A DNA stretch of 64,000 bases, from contig CAURUA010000002.1 of the NCBI GenBank assembly GCA_963528045.1, positions 1,116 to 65,115 of the forward strand, in the 5' to 3' direction. A program made the position numbers and the translations under genes. Each line of letters begins with the position of its first letter. Position 1 is the stretch's first letter. A model generated the notes under the pieces. It was not told the origin of the DNA. It worked only from the letters and a program-made list of their open reading frames with translations, and did no database searches. Positions 50,875 to 60,977 of the stretch are shown one piece after another. Origin of the DNA: an uncultured Campylobacter sp. Lineage in GTDB: Bacteria > Campylobacterota > Campylobacteria > Campylobacterales > Campylobacteraceae.

Positions 50875-51346
50875 AGACGAAATTTTAAAATACGTGAATG
50901 AAAATTTAAAAGGCTACGAGGGCTACATCCAGCTAATAGGTGAAAAAATCGACGAAAAGCACTTGTTTTTAGCGGGTGAGCGAACTCCTAGTCTAGGCGA
51001 AGACGAGCTTATTTATGAGGCGCATTTCTTTGATGAGAAGTCCAAAAAGAGCGTTTCTATCCGCCAGATAAACGACGCTTGGTTTGTCGATGAGACAGAG
51101 TTGGGGGGCGCAAATTTATATCCGAAGAAAAATCCCGACATAAAAGAATTTCACTCTAAATTTAAACCTGAGTTTTCTGCCAAATTCAAAGAAGTCAAAA
51201 TAAAAATGGCTCAAATTTGGCAAGATGAAAAAGACGAGTTTTGCGAAGTGCCTCAAGATAATGGAACTCTTGAGGGTTTGCCAGTGTTGAAGCTTCAAAA
51301 GATAGTATTTGTGGGCTTTGCAAAAAATGAAAAGGATAAAAAATGA
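50861..51346 (+). CDS. Csx19-like type III-D subunit
   Basis: Small protein between Cas7 genes; GYEGYIQ, IYEAHFF, C-terminal VFVGF. Confidence 0.7.
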   Translation: MKKNRDEILKYVNENLKGYEGYIQLIGEKIDEKHLFLAGERTPSLGEDELIYEAHFFDEKSKKSVSIRQINDAWFVDETELGGANLYPKKNPDIKEFHSKFKPEFSAKFKEVKIKMAQIWQDEKDEFCEVPQDNGTLEGLPVLKLQKIVFVGFAKNEKDKK

Positions 51347-53490
51347 TAACCGCTCCATATAATTTTGTGCCACTAAACGATAAAATTTTCTACCCGCCGT
51401 GGGCTAGCGAGGATACTCTTAAAAACATCCACGACGTGCCGTTTGAAGATGGCGAAAGCGGCGTAATTGAGCTTGAAGTAACCGCCAAAAGTCCTATTTT
51501 TATAAAGGACGGCAAAAATCCGAGCGAGTTTTGCCATTTCGGCGATGAAGAGTATTATATCCCGGCAACCAGCATAAAAGGTATGATAAGAAATGTACTT
51601 GAGATAATGAGCTTTTCGGCCATGAACTTTATAGATGATAAAAAGTATTCTATGCGGGATTTTACGGACGAATACAAAAATAAAGTCCTAAAAGATATTA
51701 AATGTGGCTGGCTTTATAAAGAGAATGGTGCAATAAAGATAAGAGAATGCGACGGAATTTATCGCATAAAGTATCAAGAGATAGAATATAAATTTAAGAA
51801 ACAAGGTTATAGAAATCGCTTTTTGTGGGGCAACTTTGATGATAAAAACGATCCACTTAAAAACGCTTGCGCCAAATATGATTTAGTCAAATTTGAAAAT
51901 GTAGATAAAATTTATAATTTTTCAAAAGAGGGGTCTAAAAACGGTAGAAATATAGTGAAATTTGATGACAGAGGCTCGTTATTAGGTAAAGTTGTGTTAA
52001 CAGGACATCCGTCGGCTAGAAAAGACGATAAGGTAAACCCAAGTGGGAAAAATTATGATTTTGTCTTTATGCAAAAACAAGATGCGAAAATTTTTAATGT
52101 AAGTGAGCGTGTGTTTGAAGTGTTTAAATTTGCTTATTTTGACGGCAGGAAAAAGCAGCCCGTGCAGTCTGCCGACTGGACTTTCTGGAAAGAAAAACTA
52201 AAAAGTGGCAAAGAAATCCCCGTGTTTTTTCATGCTAACGGCAATGAGGTCATTCATTTTGGGCTTTCTTATCTTTATAAATTACCTTTTGATAAATCCG
52301 TAAAAGAGGTCTTGGCTCATACACAAATAAAAGAGAGTAAGCCCGATTTATCAGAAATTATATTTGGATATAGTAGAAAAATTAAAAATAAACAAGAGTC
52401 CTTAAAAGGAAGGGTTTTTGTATCTCACGCCAAAGCTATCCAAAATGTAAATTTAGGCAATGAGGTAAAAGTAGTCTTGGGTTCCCCAAAAGCATCTTAT
52501 TATCCGATTTACATAAAGCAAAATGGCGAAAAATACGCTACTTATAATGATAGAAATGCCACACTATCTGGTTTTAAGCGATACCCGACGCATAAAGGTC
52601 AAAGCGTCGCTACAAGTGATACTGGTGATAAAACAGCAAATATAGAAACAGCTATCACGCCACTTCAGTCGGGAGCAAAATTTAGATGCAAAATATTAGT
52701 CCATAATCTCTTGCCTATTGAGATTGGAGCATTGCTATCAGCTATTACATTTCATCAAAACGATCTTTGCTATCATTCTATCGGTATGGCGAAGCCTTTA
52801 GGATATGGCAAAATTAAACTCAGCGTCTTAGACCTCAATGGATTTAGCAAAGAAGTTAAGGAGTATTTAAAGGATTTTGAGTCGGCTATGAACGGTGAAA
52901 TTTTCGACGGCAAGATAAAATGGCACGAAAGCGAGCAGATAAAAAATTTATTTTCAATGGCTAGCGAGCAAGACAACGAAGGTAATTCTGAATTGGTATA
53001 TATGAATCTTGAAGATTTTGCAAAAAGTAAAAATAGCGATCGTCGCTATTATTTGGATAGGTATATTAAACTTACAAATGTAAATACGGTACAGGCAGTT
53101 CCATTATCCGATCAACAAAGTATATCGTCATATCAAAAATTTGCAAACGATCTAATAGAAAAAGAGAAGGCCTTAAAAGAGGAAATAGAACTTCGAAGGA
53201 AAGAAAAAGAGCTACAAGAAGCTACAAGCAATATGAGCGAACTGGATAAAAGAATTTATAAGCTCAAAAACGATCCCATTTACAAAAATATGCCCGAAGC
53301 GACAGTCTTATTTAAAGCGATAAGTCAAACCGATAAATTTGACGATATGAAATTTGAAGCGCTTTGTGGGTTAAGAGACATGTTTAAAAAGATTGGAAGA
53401 TGGAAAGAACAGACCAAGCAAAAAAGGCCGGAAAAAGACAGAGACTATCAAGATACGTTAAAGATAATGGAGATGCTAAAGGAATTTTAA
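51343..53490 (+). CDS. Cas7 with large insertion (TIGR03986-like)
   Basis: APYNFVPL, IPATSIKGMIRNVLEIMS, LKGRV, LGSPKASY, GFKRY, IGMAKPLGYG. Confidence 0.9.
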   Translation: MITAPYNFVPLNDKIFYPPWASEDTLKNIHDVPFEDGESGVIELEVTAKSPIFIKDGKNPSEFCHFGDEEYYIPATSIKGMIRNVLEIMSFSAMNFIDDKKYSMRDFTDEYKNKVLKDIKCGWLYKENGAIKIRECDGIYRIKYQEIEYKFKKQGYRNRFLWGNFDDKNDPLKNACAKYDLVKFENVDKIYNFSKEGSKNGRNIVKFDDRGSLLGKVVLTGHPSARKDDKVNPSGKNYDFVFMQKQDAKIFNVSERVFEVFKFAYFDGRKKQPVQSADWTFWKEKLKSGKEIPVFFHANGNEVIHFGLSYLYKLPFDKSVKEVLAHTQIKESKPDLSEIIFGYSRKIKNKQESLKGRVFVSHAKAIQNVNLGNEVKVVLGSPKASYYPIYIKQNGEKYATYNDRNATLSGFKRYPTHKGQSVATSDTGDKTANIETAITPLQSGAKFRCKILVHNLLPIEIGALLSAITFHQNDLCYHSIGMAKPLGYGKIKLSVLDLNGFSKEVKEYLKDFESAMNGEIFDGKIKWHESEQIKNLFSMASEQDNEGNSELVYMNLEDFAKSKNSDRRYYLDRYIKLTNVNTVQAVPLSDQQSISSYQKFANDLIEKEKALKEEIELRRKEKELQEATSNMSELDKRIYKLKNDPIYKNMPEATVLFKAISQTDKFDDMKFEALCGLRDMFKKIGRWKEQTKQKRPEKDRDYQDTLKIMEMLKEF

Positions 53491-53492
53491 AA

Positions 53493-54288
53493 ATGACGCA
53501 TTACGAAAAAAGAAATTTTCAAAAAATAATCGTTTCGCTTTTGGGAAGTTCTCTTTTAGGGTATAGGGCGTTTTTTATCATCGCGGGAGTATTGCTGTTT
53601 TTCGCTTGGTTGCCGGACGGAATGTCGTCGCTACTAGATAAAATTTTCGGCGGCGAAATTTTAAAATGGAGCGCCAAAGACGGCACTATGCTGGTTCAAA
53701 TTTTAGGCTCTATAGTGATTTTTGGGGTAATCAAACGAATAATTCCCAAAGGCATCCCTAATGTCGATATAGATATAAATGATAGACCCAAAAGGGCTAA
53801 AGTTCTAGTGCTATTTTTAAGCGAAAATAATAGCGGAATAGAAGAAATTTTGAAATTTAAAACTATCGATGAGTATGGAAGAAATAATTATAGAATGCCG
53901 CTAAAAGCGATAGATTATCACAAACAAAGACTTAAAAAGATTATAGTCGCTTGTTCCGAAAAATCTCACGGAGATAGAGAGAAATTTTTAAAATGCGTGC
54001 AAAATCTCTTTAGTAAGGAGCTTGCGGATATGACAAATGTACGATGTATAAAGAATTTCGAAGACGCAAAAAGCGTCTATAAATTTTTTAGAAAGCGTAT
54101 ATAGCCAGCTTAAGTAAGAGGGTTTTATAGAGGACGACATCGTATTTGATGTCACGGGAGGACAAAAGGCGATAAGTATAGCCGGAGCGATGTTTGCGAT
54201 ACCCAACGACAGGCATTTGCAGTACGTCTCCACTAGCGATTATATTGTCAAGCACTATGATTTAACTTATATGCAAAATGAGGAGTAA
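53493..54288 (+). pseudogene. Two-TM + CARF membrane effector (Cam1-like), broken by a frameshift and a stop
   Basis: Two N-terminal TM helices, Rossmann-like VLVLFLS strand. Extra T in T6 at 54084-54089 and in-frame TAA at 54115; the restored frame reads IVFDVTGGQKAISIAG...LQYVS to the stop at 54288. Confidence 0.8.
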
Positions 54289-54291
54289 AAT

Positions 54292-55536
54292 ATGAAAATT
54301 ATAACGATTTTAGGCTTAATTTCAAAAAATGAAGAAATCGGAATTCCTATTTATAGATATGACGATAAGCTTAAAGGCTCATTTTCTTTAAAAAGAGAAC
54401 GATATATAAATATGTTTTCGCTCTTAATAGATAATTTTGGAGCTCAAGATATTGTTCCTATTTTTACGCAATTGGCTAAAAAAATTCAAATCGGTGTTTT
54501 GAAAGAAGAGTTTCAAAATGAGTATAATGAAATCTTTAACGATAGAAATTTTATTGACGGTGAGAAGGACTTCTATAAAATTTTACGCATCATAAACGAT
54601 GCTACTAGCGATGATGACAAATATATAATTGATCTGACCCATGGTTTTAGGCATATACCTATATTAGCGACTATATCATTAATATCAAAAAGCCTAAGCA
54701 ATACAGAAAAAATCAAACATATATTTTTTGCGAAAGAGATAGAACCGAAAAAGGAGTATGAAATAATTGACCTAAAGGAATATCTAGAGCTTGCAAATAT
54801 GTCGTATGTACTAGAAACTTTTAATCATAATTACACGGTTTCATTGGTTTCTAAATTTAAAAATAAGAATTTTTGCAACCTTGTAAGTCGGTTATCAACC
54901 ATCTCTAATCATATACTATCGAATTCGCTAAAAGCTCTTAATAAAGATGTCGATAAAATTCTAAGCGATATAGATTTTATTTTAAAGAATGAGCAAATAG
55001 AAACTTTTAAAGGCAGTCTTGAAGATATACAACGACACATAAGGGAGCTTCAAGAAATAGGTAAAGAAAAAGATTCCATAAAATTTTATAGAATGTCTAG
55101 AATTCTAAACTCCAAAGGTTATTTATTAAACGCTATAACTTTGCTATTTGAGGCCATAGGATATTACTGCGCGGAAAGCTTTGAGTGCTTTGGCGACGAT
55201 ATAAAAGCGCATATAAATAACTTTAAAAACAGTAGAAAATTTAATGCTTATGATTTGACACATGAGTCTAGGACCATTGTAAAAAAAATGGGATTGAGGA
55301 ATGGAGCCTATTTAACAAGCATTGCAGTGCATGATAATATACAAAAGAAGTTAGAAAGCATAAAAACTCTTGGTGCCTTTAGGGATTTTATAAAAGATGC
55401 CGAAAAATTAAGAAATAATCTAGCTCATGGTAATGCCAACGAAAGGATAGAAGACTCAAAGCAAGAGTTATCAAGATTATTAGATAAATATAATTCATTT
55501 TGTATACAGCAAAATATATTGGGAAATAAAATATGA
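54292..55536 (+). CDS. CARF-HEPN ribonuclease (Csx1/TM1812-like)
   Basis: IITILG first strand, DLTHGFRH CARF motif, C-terminal RNNLAH HEPN motif. Confidence 0.88.
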   Translation: MKIITILGLISKNEEIGIPIYRYDDKLKGSFSLKRERYINMFSLLIDNFGAQDIVPIFTQLAKKIQIGVLKEEFQNEYNEIFNDRNFIDGEKDFYKILRIINDATSDDDKYIIDLTHGFRHIPILATISLISKSLSNTEKIKHIFFAKEIEPKKEYEIIDLKEYLELANMSYVLETFNHNYTVSLVSKFKNKNFCNLVSRLSTISNHILSNSLKALNKDVDKILSDIDFILKNEQIETFKGSLEDIQRHIRELQEIGKEKDSIKFYRMSRILNSKGYLLNAITLLFEAIGYYCAESFECFGDDIKAHINNFKNSRKFNAYDLTHESRTIVKKMGLRNGAYLTSIAVHDNIQKKLESIKTLGAFRDFIKDAEKLRNNLAHGNANERIEDSKQELSRLLDKYNSFCIQQNILGNKI

Positions 55537-55913
55537 AAACCTTCTTTACGTTGATAAACCACACCTTGACGTCGGAGCAAGAAGAGGACGCGAGGAGGAA
55601 TTTAAATGTCGATAAATTCGTAAATATAACCGATGCGAGGTGGAGCGATATTGACCCGTCTGAAAAAAGCACAATAAAATTCGTTGAAGTGTATAAGGAT
55701 AAACTTAAAAAGCAAGCAAAAGCGGGCGACGTGTTACTGGTGCAGGGCGATTTCGGAGCGACTTATAATATGATAAGGTTTGCTAAAAATATGGGTCTGA
55801 TAGCCGTGTATGCGACCACCAACCGCATCGTAAGCGAGCAGGTAGAAAACGGCAAAGTCGTGATTAAACGAGAATTTAAACACGCAAGATTTAGAGAATA
55901 CGAGGAGTTATAA
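55533..55913 (+). CDS. csx20: Csx20-like protein, predicted ring nuclease
   Basis: LINHTLTSEQ, WSDIDP, LLVQGDFGATY, VYATT.R, F.H.RFREY. Confidence 0.78.
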   Translation: MKTFFTLINHTLTSEQEEDARRNLNVDKFVNITDARWSDIDPSEKSTIKFVEVYKDKLKKQAKAGDVLLVQGDFGATYNMIRFAKNMGLIAVYATTNRIVSEQVENGKVVIKREFKHARFREYEEL

Positions 55914-56917
55914 TGTCATCAGATGCAGACAATAAAACGATAGTTATCTTTGAAATTTTAAAAAAGTTAGTTGCAAAGCAAGAAATTTATCTTACCGATA
56001 CAGAGCTTTTAGATGAGCTAAGGATTAAAGAAAGAACGCTTAGAAGGTATATGGGCGAAATCGACAAGTTATTTCCGTATGCTTTTAGGATAGAAAGCAA
56101 GCTCATAGGCCATGGCAAGAGACCGGTAAAAGTATTAAGAGTATATGACAAAAACAAAGATATAATCGGCGTTTTAAAATGTCTTTTAGAATATGGCAAT
56201 GATCTAGGCTGGCTAATTAGTTTATTAAACGACAATGATCCTAGGTTGTTTAACGATTTAGATAAACATGATAAAGAGAAGGTATCTAAACAATTAAAAG
56301 AGGATTCGGACATATTTTTATTTAGAACCAATCCCTTAGAGGTTTTGCAAGATGAACTAAGTAAAAGATATTTGAGCGAGCTTCGAAATGCCGTTAAAAA
56401 TAAAGAATGCCGAAATATCAAGTATAAATATATCGGTGAAATGGAGAATTTAATCGATGCAAAATGCCTAAAAATAGTTTTTACCGACAATAATTGGTAC
56501 TTGGCTATTGAGGATGTCAAGGGAAATTTTAGGCTTTTAAGAGTGGCTTTTATCATATCGCTTAGCAAAAGCTCAAAAAAATACGAAAAGACCTTGAAGG
56601 AATACGAAACGTATTTTAATAAAATACAAAATGCTATGAGCTTACCGTCAGAGACAACGCGAAGGGCGCTATTAAAAGCCTCCCCGAAAGTGGCTATATA
56701 TTTTAAGGAGGGTATGAAACTATTTTTCCCAACTCAAAAATTTAAAAAGAAGCTAGCGGATGGTAGCATTATTTTTAGCATAGATTTTACTCAAGATATG
56801 GAGATATTGCCGTTTATAAAAAAGTGGCTTCCAGATATCGAGATACTAGAACCAAAAGATCTGAGAGAAACCTTTAAAGAGCAATTAAAAGCGGCTCTTG
56901 ATATATTAAGTAAGTAG
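55913..56917 (+). CDS. HTH-WYL-WCX transcriptional regulator
   Basis: N-terminal HTH (ERTLRRYM), NNWYLA, FRLLRVAFI, C-terminal KKWLPDIEILEPKDLR. Confidence 0.9.
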   Translation: MSSDADNKTIVIFEILKKLVAKQEIYLTDTELLDELRIKERTLRRYMGEIDKLFPYAFRIESKLIGHGKRPVKVLRVYDKNKDIIGVLKCLLEYGNDLGWLISLLNDNDPRLFNDLDKHDKEKVSKQLKEDSDIFLFRTNPLEVLQDELSKRYLSELRNAVKNKECRNIKYKYIGEMENLIDAKCLKIVFTDNNWYLAIEDVKGNFRLLRVAFIISLSKSSKKYEKTLKEYETYFNKIQNAMSLPSETTRRALLKASPKVAIYFKEGMKLFFPTQKFKKKLADGSIIFSIDFTQDMEILPFIKKWLPDIEILEPKDLRETFKEQLKAALDILSK

Positions 56918-57212
56918 AAAAGACACGCATTGCCGCGCTAATAGCGAAACGAAATTTGCTCTGAGTCTATTCACGTGCTACGAAGCGGTAAAATTTTAGA
57001 GTGTTTGATGAAATTTGAGGTGCATAAAGCCTCATCGCAATCTCATATAAAGATCGTGTGCCGTAGGCGGCAGTGGCAAGATCATAATGCTATACAGAGC
57101 GGATTTGCACGAGCATAAATTTATAGGCGAGTGATAAAATCTAATTAAAATTTAACGCAAAATCTCATAAAATTCTGCTCGGCGGATTTTTACAAATAAC
57201 GTGTCATCATTA

Positions 57213-57362
57213 ATGCTTAGTATTGTCTTGGACGAAAGCGGAGCCGAAAAGCTTCTAGGCGCAGGCGATATGCTAGTAAAACTAAGTGGCTCGCAGCCGC
57301 AGCATATATTTGCGCCGTATTTAAGCAAGGGCGATATTAAACGGCTTTTAGAGCTGAAATAA
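57213..57362 (+). pseudogene. C-terminal fragment of an FtsK/SpoIIIE-like ATPase
   Basis: 49-aa ORF containing VLDESGAEKLLGAGDML, matching the FtsK ILD..GAE.LLG.GDML motif. Confidence 0.7.
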
Positions 57363-57593
57363 TTTAGATCGCTGATTTTGTCACAATATGCTAGGGCGAA
57401 ATAGCCAAAAGCCGCAAAAATCCTATGTTGCAAAATTTGCGTCGCTACAACAATCTTATAAATTCCATGGCTTAAATGCGCCGTGGAATTTCAGGCGGAA
57501 TTTTGTTGCAGCGGTTACGGTGTAGTAGCGCGTAAATTTAAAGCAAAATTTCAAAATTTCGCGGCGATCTATACCTTAAATCGGAGCTTTAAT

Positions 57594-58628
57594 TTAATCT
57601 TGCCAGATATTTTCGTTTAATTTTAGACTTTTTACGATGGAGAGAAAGAATAGAAGCTCGTGCTTGATAGACGCGGCGGGATCAAAGCCAAATACGCTGC
57701 GATCCACGCTAGGCTCGAAACTATCGTATCCCGTGCGGATGAAAATATAGACGTTTCTGCCCGAAAAGCTTAAACTGATCGGTCCGTCGGCACCGCTTCT
57801 AAAGCGAAGCAAGCGCCGCATAAAGGCGGGTGTGAGGGCATACATTGCAGACACCGCATCGGCGCTATATACGCTAAATGCGGAGCTAAACTCGCTATCG
57901 TCCATCGCGATCTTCTTAAGTCCGCCGAGTGTTGGCCTCGCGCTGAGCGAAGGCAGAATCACCGCCATCGAGTTTACGCGCTTTTTAAATTCCGCGTAGA
58001 AAAAGATCCCCCTGCTGCTACGTCGTTCGTCAGTATGAGTCACACAAACATCCGCAAAGTTGAAAAATACTCCGTCATAAACGCCGGAAATTTTATCTTC
58101 GCAATCAAAATAGCTTATGCCGTCCACAAATAGACCGCTAGCGCGTAGATACGCCGGTCGAAACGAGCCTGAAATTTCATAGCGGTAGCCTAGGCTTGCC
58201 ATATAAGGCGCGATATATTGTTGTTTAAAGGCGCGGACGAATTTTTTGGATCTGTTGTGTTTGATCCGCTCCAGCGCGGCGCCCGCGATATTAAACAAAG
58301 AAAGGCAGATGGTTACGAGTGCGATGACGAAGCGCAAGGTATCATTCTTGCATATTTCTACGCCTTTGGCAAGTATACCCAGCAAGATGCAAAAGATAAA
58401 TACGTGCACTATATTTGCATCTTTATTCACTACTCTATAAGAGATACTGCCGCAGCTAAATGCCACTATGATCCAGCAGAGAACCATTGCTGCATTTTGA
58501 TCTCTAAAATTGAAAAATAGCCACAGCGCTGAGGCTAGCACCGCTATTATCGAAAACGCCGTATCCTTGTACTGCTCCGCCTCATCCAGGATACCAAGCC
58601 TTAGTTTTTCCAGTTCGTTTGCGGTTAT
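57594..58628 (-). CDS. DUF3137-domain membrane protein (start uncertain: ATA 58628 or GTG 58541)
   Basis: EDKISG, FFYAEFKK, MDDSEFSSAFSVY...YALTPAFMRRL, LKLNENIW; paralog of 15662-17071. Confidence 0.78.
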   Translation of the reverse strand: MTANELEKLRLGILDEAEQYKDTAFSIIAVLASALWLFFNFRDQNAAMVLCWIIVAFSCGSISYRVVNKDANIVHVFIFCILLGILAKGVEICKNDTLRFVIALVTICLSLFNIAGAALERIKHNRSKKFVRAFKQQYIAPYMASLGYRYEISGSFRPAYLRASGLFVDGISYFDCEDKISGVYDGVFFNFADVCVTHTDERRSSRGIFFYAEFKKRVNSMAVILPSLSARPTLGGLKKIAMDDSEFSSAFSVYSADAVSAMYALTPAFMRRLLRFRSGADGPISLSFSGRNVYIFIRTGYDSFEPSVDRSVFGFDPAASIKHELLFFLSIVKSLKLNENIWQD

Positions 58629-58773
58629 CTTTCTCTTTTTAAATTTATCGAAGCAAATTTTAAAATTTAGCTTCGAATTCGCCCCTAAATTTAAAAGACT
58701 AAGCTTTAAAATTTACAAAATCCGCGGAATTCGCTCTTTAAATTTAGCGCGAATTTCTGCGCTAAATTTAGCT

Positions 58774-59346
58774 TTAGCACAAAATTTCTACAATCACCTG
58801 CGGCAATAGCTCATGCTCGATCTCGTGGATTTTGGCTTCGTAAGCTTCAAAGCTCATTCCCGCGCTCTTTTCAAACGCGCGCTGGGCGATGATCGCGCCG
58901 CCGTCAAGCTCCTCGCTGACCCAGTGCACGCTCACGCCGCCCACCTTCATATCGCTTTCAAAACTTTCTTTTATCGCGTTTGCGCCCTTAAAAAGCGGTA
59001 GCAGCGACGGGTGTAAATTTATCGCACGGACCCTGCTCGTAAAAACAGGCGTGAGAATGCGCATAAAGCCCGCAAGCACCGTAAGCTCCGCGCCGCTTTT
59101 TTCGATCTCGCGCACGAGGGCGGCGTCGAATTCCTCGCGGCTAGCAAAATCTTTGTGATTTAGGATCACGCTTTGAAGTCCAAATTTCGCGGCCTTTGCG
59201 ATACCGCCGGCGTTAGCTTTGTTGCTTAGCGTTAGCGCGACTTCGATCTTGGTGCCCCCAAAAGTTTTGCCGTGCAGCTTCTGCAAGATCGCCTCTAAAT
59301 TCGAGCCGCCGCCGCTAAAAAGCACGGCGAGCTTTTTCACAACCAT
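58774..59346 (-). CDS. purN: Phosphoribosylglycinamide formyltransferase
   Basis: SGGGSNL, LAGFMRIL, NLHPSLLP, VHWVSEELDGG. Confidence 0.96.
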   Translation of the reverse strand: MVVKKLAVLFSGGGSNLEAILQKLHGKTFGGTKIEVALTLSNKANAGGIAKAAKFGLQSVILNHKDFASREEFDAALVREIEKSGAELTVLAGFMRILTPVFTSRVRAINLHPSLLPLFKGANAIKESFESDMKVGGVSVHWVSEELDGGAIIAQRAFEKSAGMSFEAYEAKIHEIEHELLPQVIVEILC

Positions 59347-60977
59347 TTTACCTCCTCGATGAGATCGAGCGGATTTAGCGCGTAGGAGTTTTTGGCGAAG
59401 GCTCGCGCAGCGAGTGCGTGGGCTAGGACGCCGCAGATTGAGGCTTGCAGAGGCGAGTAGTTTTGCGCGAGCAGCCCGCCGATGAGCCCTGCGAGTACGT
59501 CGCCGCTGCCGCCCTTTGCGAGCGCGGCACTGCCCTTGTCGCAGACGTAGATGATGCCTGCCTGCGCGATGAGCGTATTTGCGCCCTTTAGCACGAGCAC
59601 GCCGCTAAATTTTTCGCTCCACGCCCGCGCAAACTCGAAGCGGCGCTCTTGCAGCTCGCTCACGCTAAGATCTGCGATGCCCGCGATCTTTAAAAGCGAG
59701 CAGAACTCCTTCGGATGGGGCGTTAGGATTAAATTTGAATTGGCATTTAGCAGACTTAAAATTTCGCTCTCGTAGCACAGATCGGCGTCGATGACGCAGC
59801 TTTTGTCTCGTAGCGCGGCAAGATCGATCTTTCGCTTCCCCAGCCCGCAGCCGCAGACTACGACCCGCGCGGCATCGAATGAGCTTTTTTGCATCAAAAT
59901 CGGGCTTAAATTTAATGGCTTCTCACTAACGACGCTAACGAGCCCGCTGCCGATCGCATGAGCTGCCAGAGCCGCCATCTGCGCCGCTCCGCTCATCTGC
60001 CCGCTTACGACGTAGGTGTGCCCGAAATCGCCCTTATTGGTGTTTTGCTTCCTGCGTAGCGGCAGCTTCAGATCGCTTTTTTGAAGCAGAAAATATTCGC
60101 TCCGTCCTTCGAAATTTGAGCGCGAAATTCCAAGATTTGCGACCTTGATCCGTCCTACCTGATCCTTCGCGCCGTCCGAAAACAGCGCGAGTTTGAGTGC
60201 TCCCATCGCGATCGTCAAATCCGCGCAAAATGCACCGCCTAAAATGCGCCCGCTCCCATCGATGCCGCTTGGGATATCGACTGCGATTTTTAGGGATTTT
60301 GAGCTATTTGCGAGAGATAAAATTTCACAAATTTCAGAGCTTATCGGTTTATTCAAACCGCTGCCGAAAATCCCGTCGATTATGCAGTCTGCGCTTGTAA
60401 TCTCATCGTGCAGGACGCTCGGCTCGCCGCACTCGCCGCCTAGATTGCCGCATTCGTCGCCGCGCCCCGCGATCTCAAATTTAGTGCTCGTAAATTTCGC
60501 GCTTAATTTATCGCCGTCACCTGAAATGTCCGCGCCGCTTAGGCTTTCGAGCTCGCCCCGTGGCTCGCTCGCGCCCTTTAAAGAGGAGCCGCCTACGCCT
60601 TCATGCGCGCAAGTATCCTTGCTAGACGCACCCTCTACGTGCCCGCAATCGTCTTTTGCGCTCGCGATATCGATAAACTTAACGCCTGCAGCCTGCGCCG
60701 CATCCGCTTGAAATTTGCCCGCCGCGCTTCTATTTTCCAGCACGCAAAGCACCGTGCAGCTAAAATCCCCGCTTAATTTTCGCAGCGCCGCCATCGCGTC
60801 GGCGCCGTTATTTCCGCCGCCGCAAAGCGCCAAAACGCGCGAGCCCTTTTTGAGCCGCTTTCTGATCTCGCCCTCGATCTTGCCCGCGGCGTTTTCCATT
60901 AAAATTTGCTCGCCAAGTCCAAATTTCGCACTTGCTCGCGCATCGAGCTCCTCGGTGCTAAAGAAAATTTTTTTCAA
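59337..60977 (-). CDS. nnr: Bifunctional NAD(P)H-hydrate epimerase/dehydratase
   Basis: LMENAA, GGGNNGAD, DGIFGSG, VDIPSG, NKGDFG, TPHPKEF, GGSGDVLAG. Confidence 0.92.
   Translation of the reverse strand: MKKIFFSTEELDARASAKFGLGEQILMENAAGKIEGEIRKRLKKGSRVLALCGGGNNGADAMAALRKLSGDFSCTVLCVLENRSAAGKFQADAAQAAGVKFIDIASAKDDCGHVEGASSKDTCAHEGVGGSSLKGASEPRGELESLSGADISGDGDKLSAKFTSTKFEIAGRGDECGNLGGECGEPSVLHDEITSADCIIDGIFGSGLNKPISSEICEILSLANSSKSLKIAVDIPSGIDGSGRILGGAFCADLTIAMGALKLALFSDGAKDQVGRIKVANLGISRSNFEGRSEYFLLQKSDLKLPLRRKQNTNKGDFGHTYVVSGQMSGAAQMAALAAHAIGSGLVSVVSEKPLNLSPILMQKSSFDAARVVVCGCGLGKRKIDLAALRDKSCVIDADLCYESEILSLLNANSNLILTPHPKEFCSLLKIAGIADLSVSELQERRFEFARAWSEKFSGVLVLKGANTLIAQAGIIYVCDKGSAALAKGGSGDVLAGLIGGLLAQNYSPLQASICGVLAHALAARAFAKNSYALNPLDLIEEVKWL

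Noticed and set aside
38500..57590. att-site duplication of the tRNA 3' end and an integrase for the island
   Set aside because: No copy of CTCTTGACACCA was seen at the right boundary, and there is no integrase ORF in the window.
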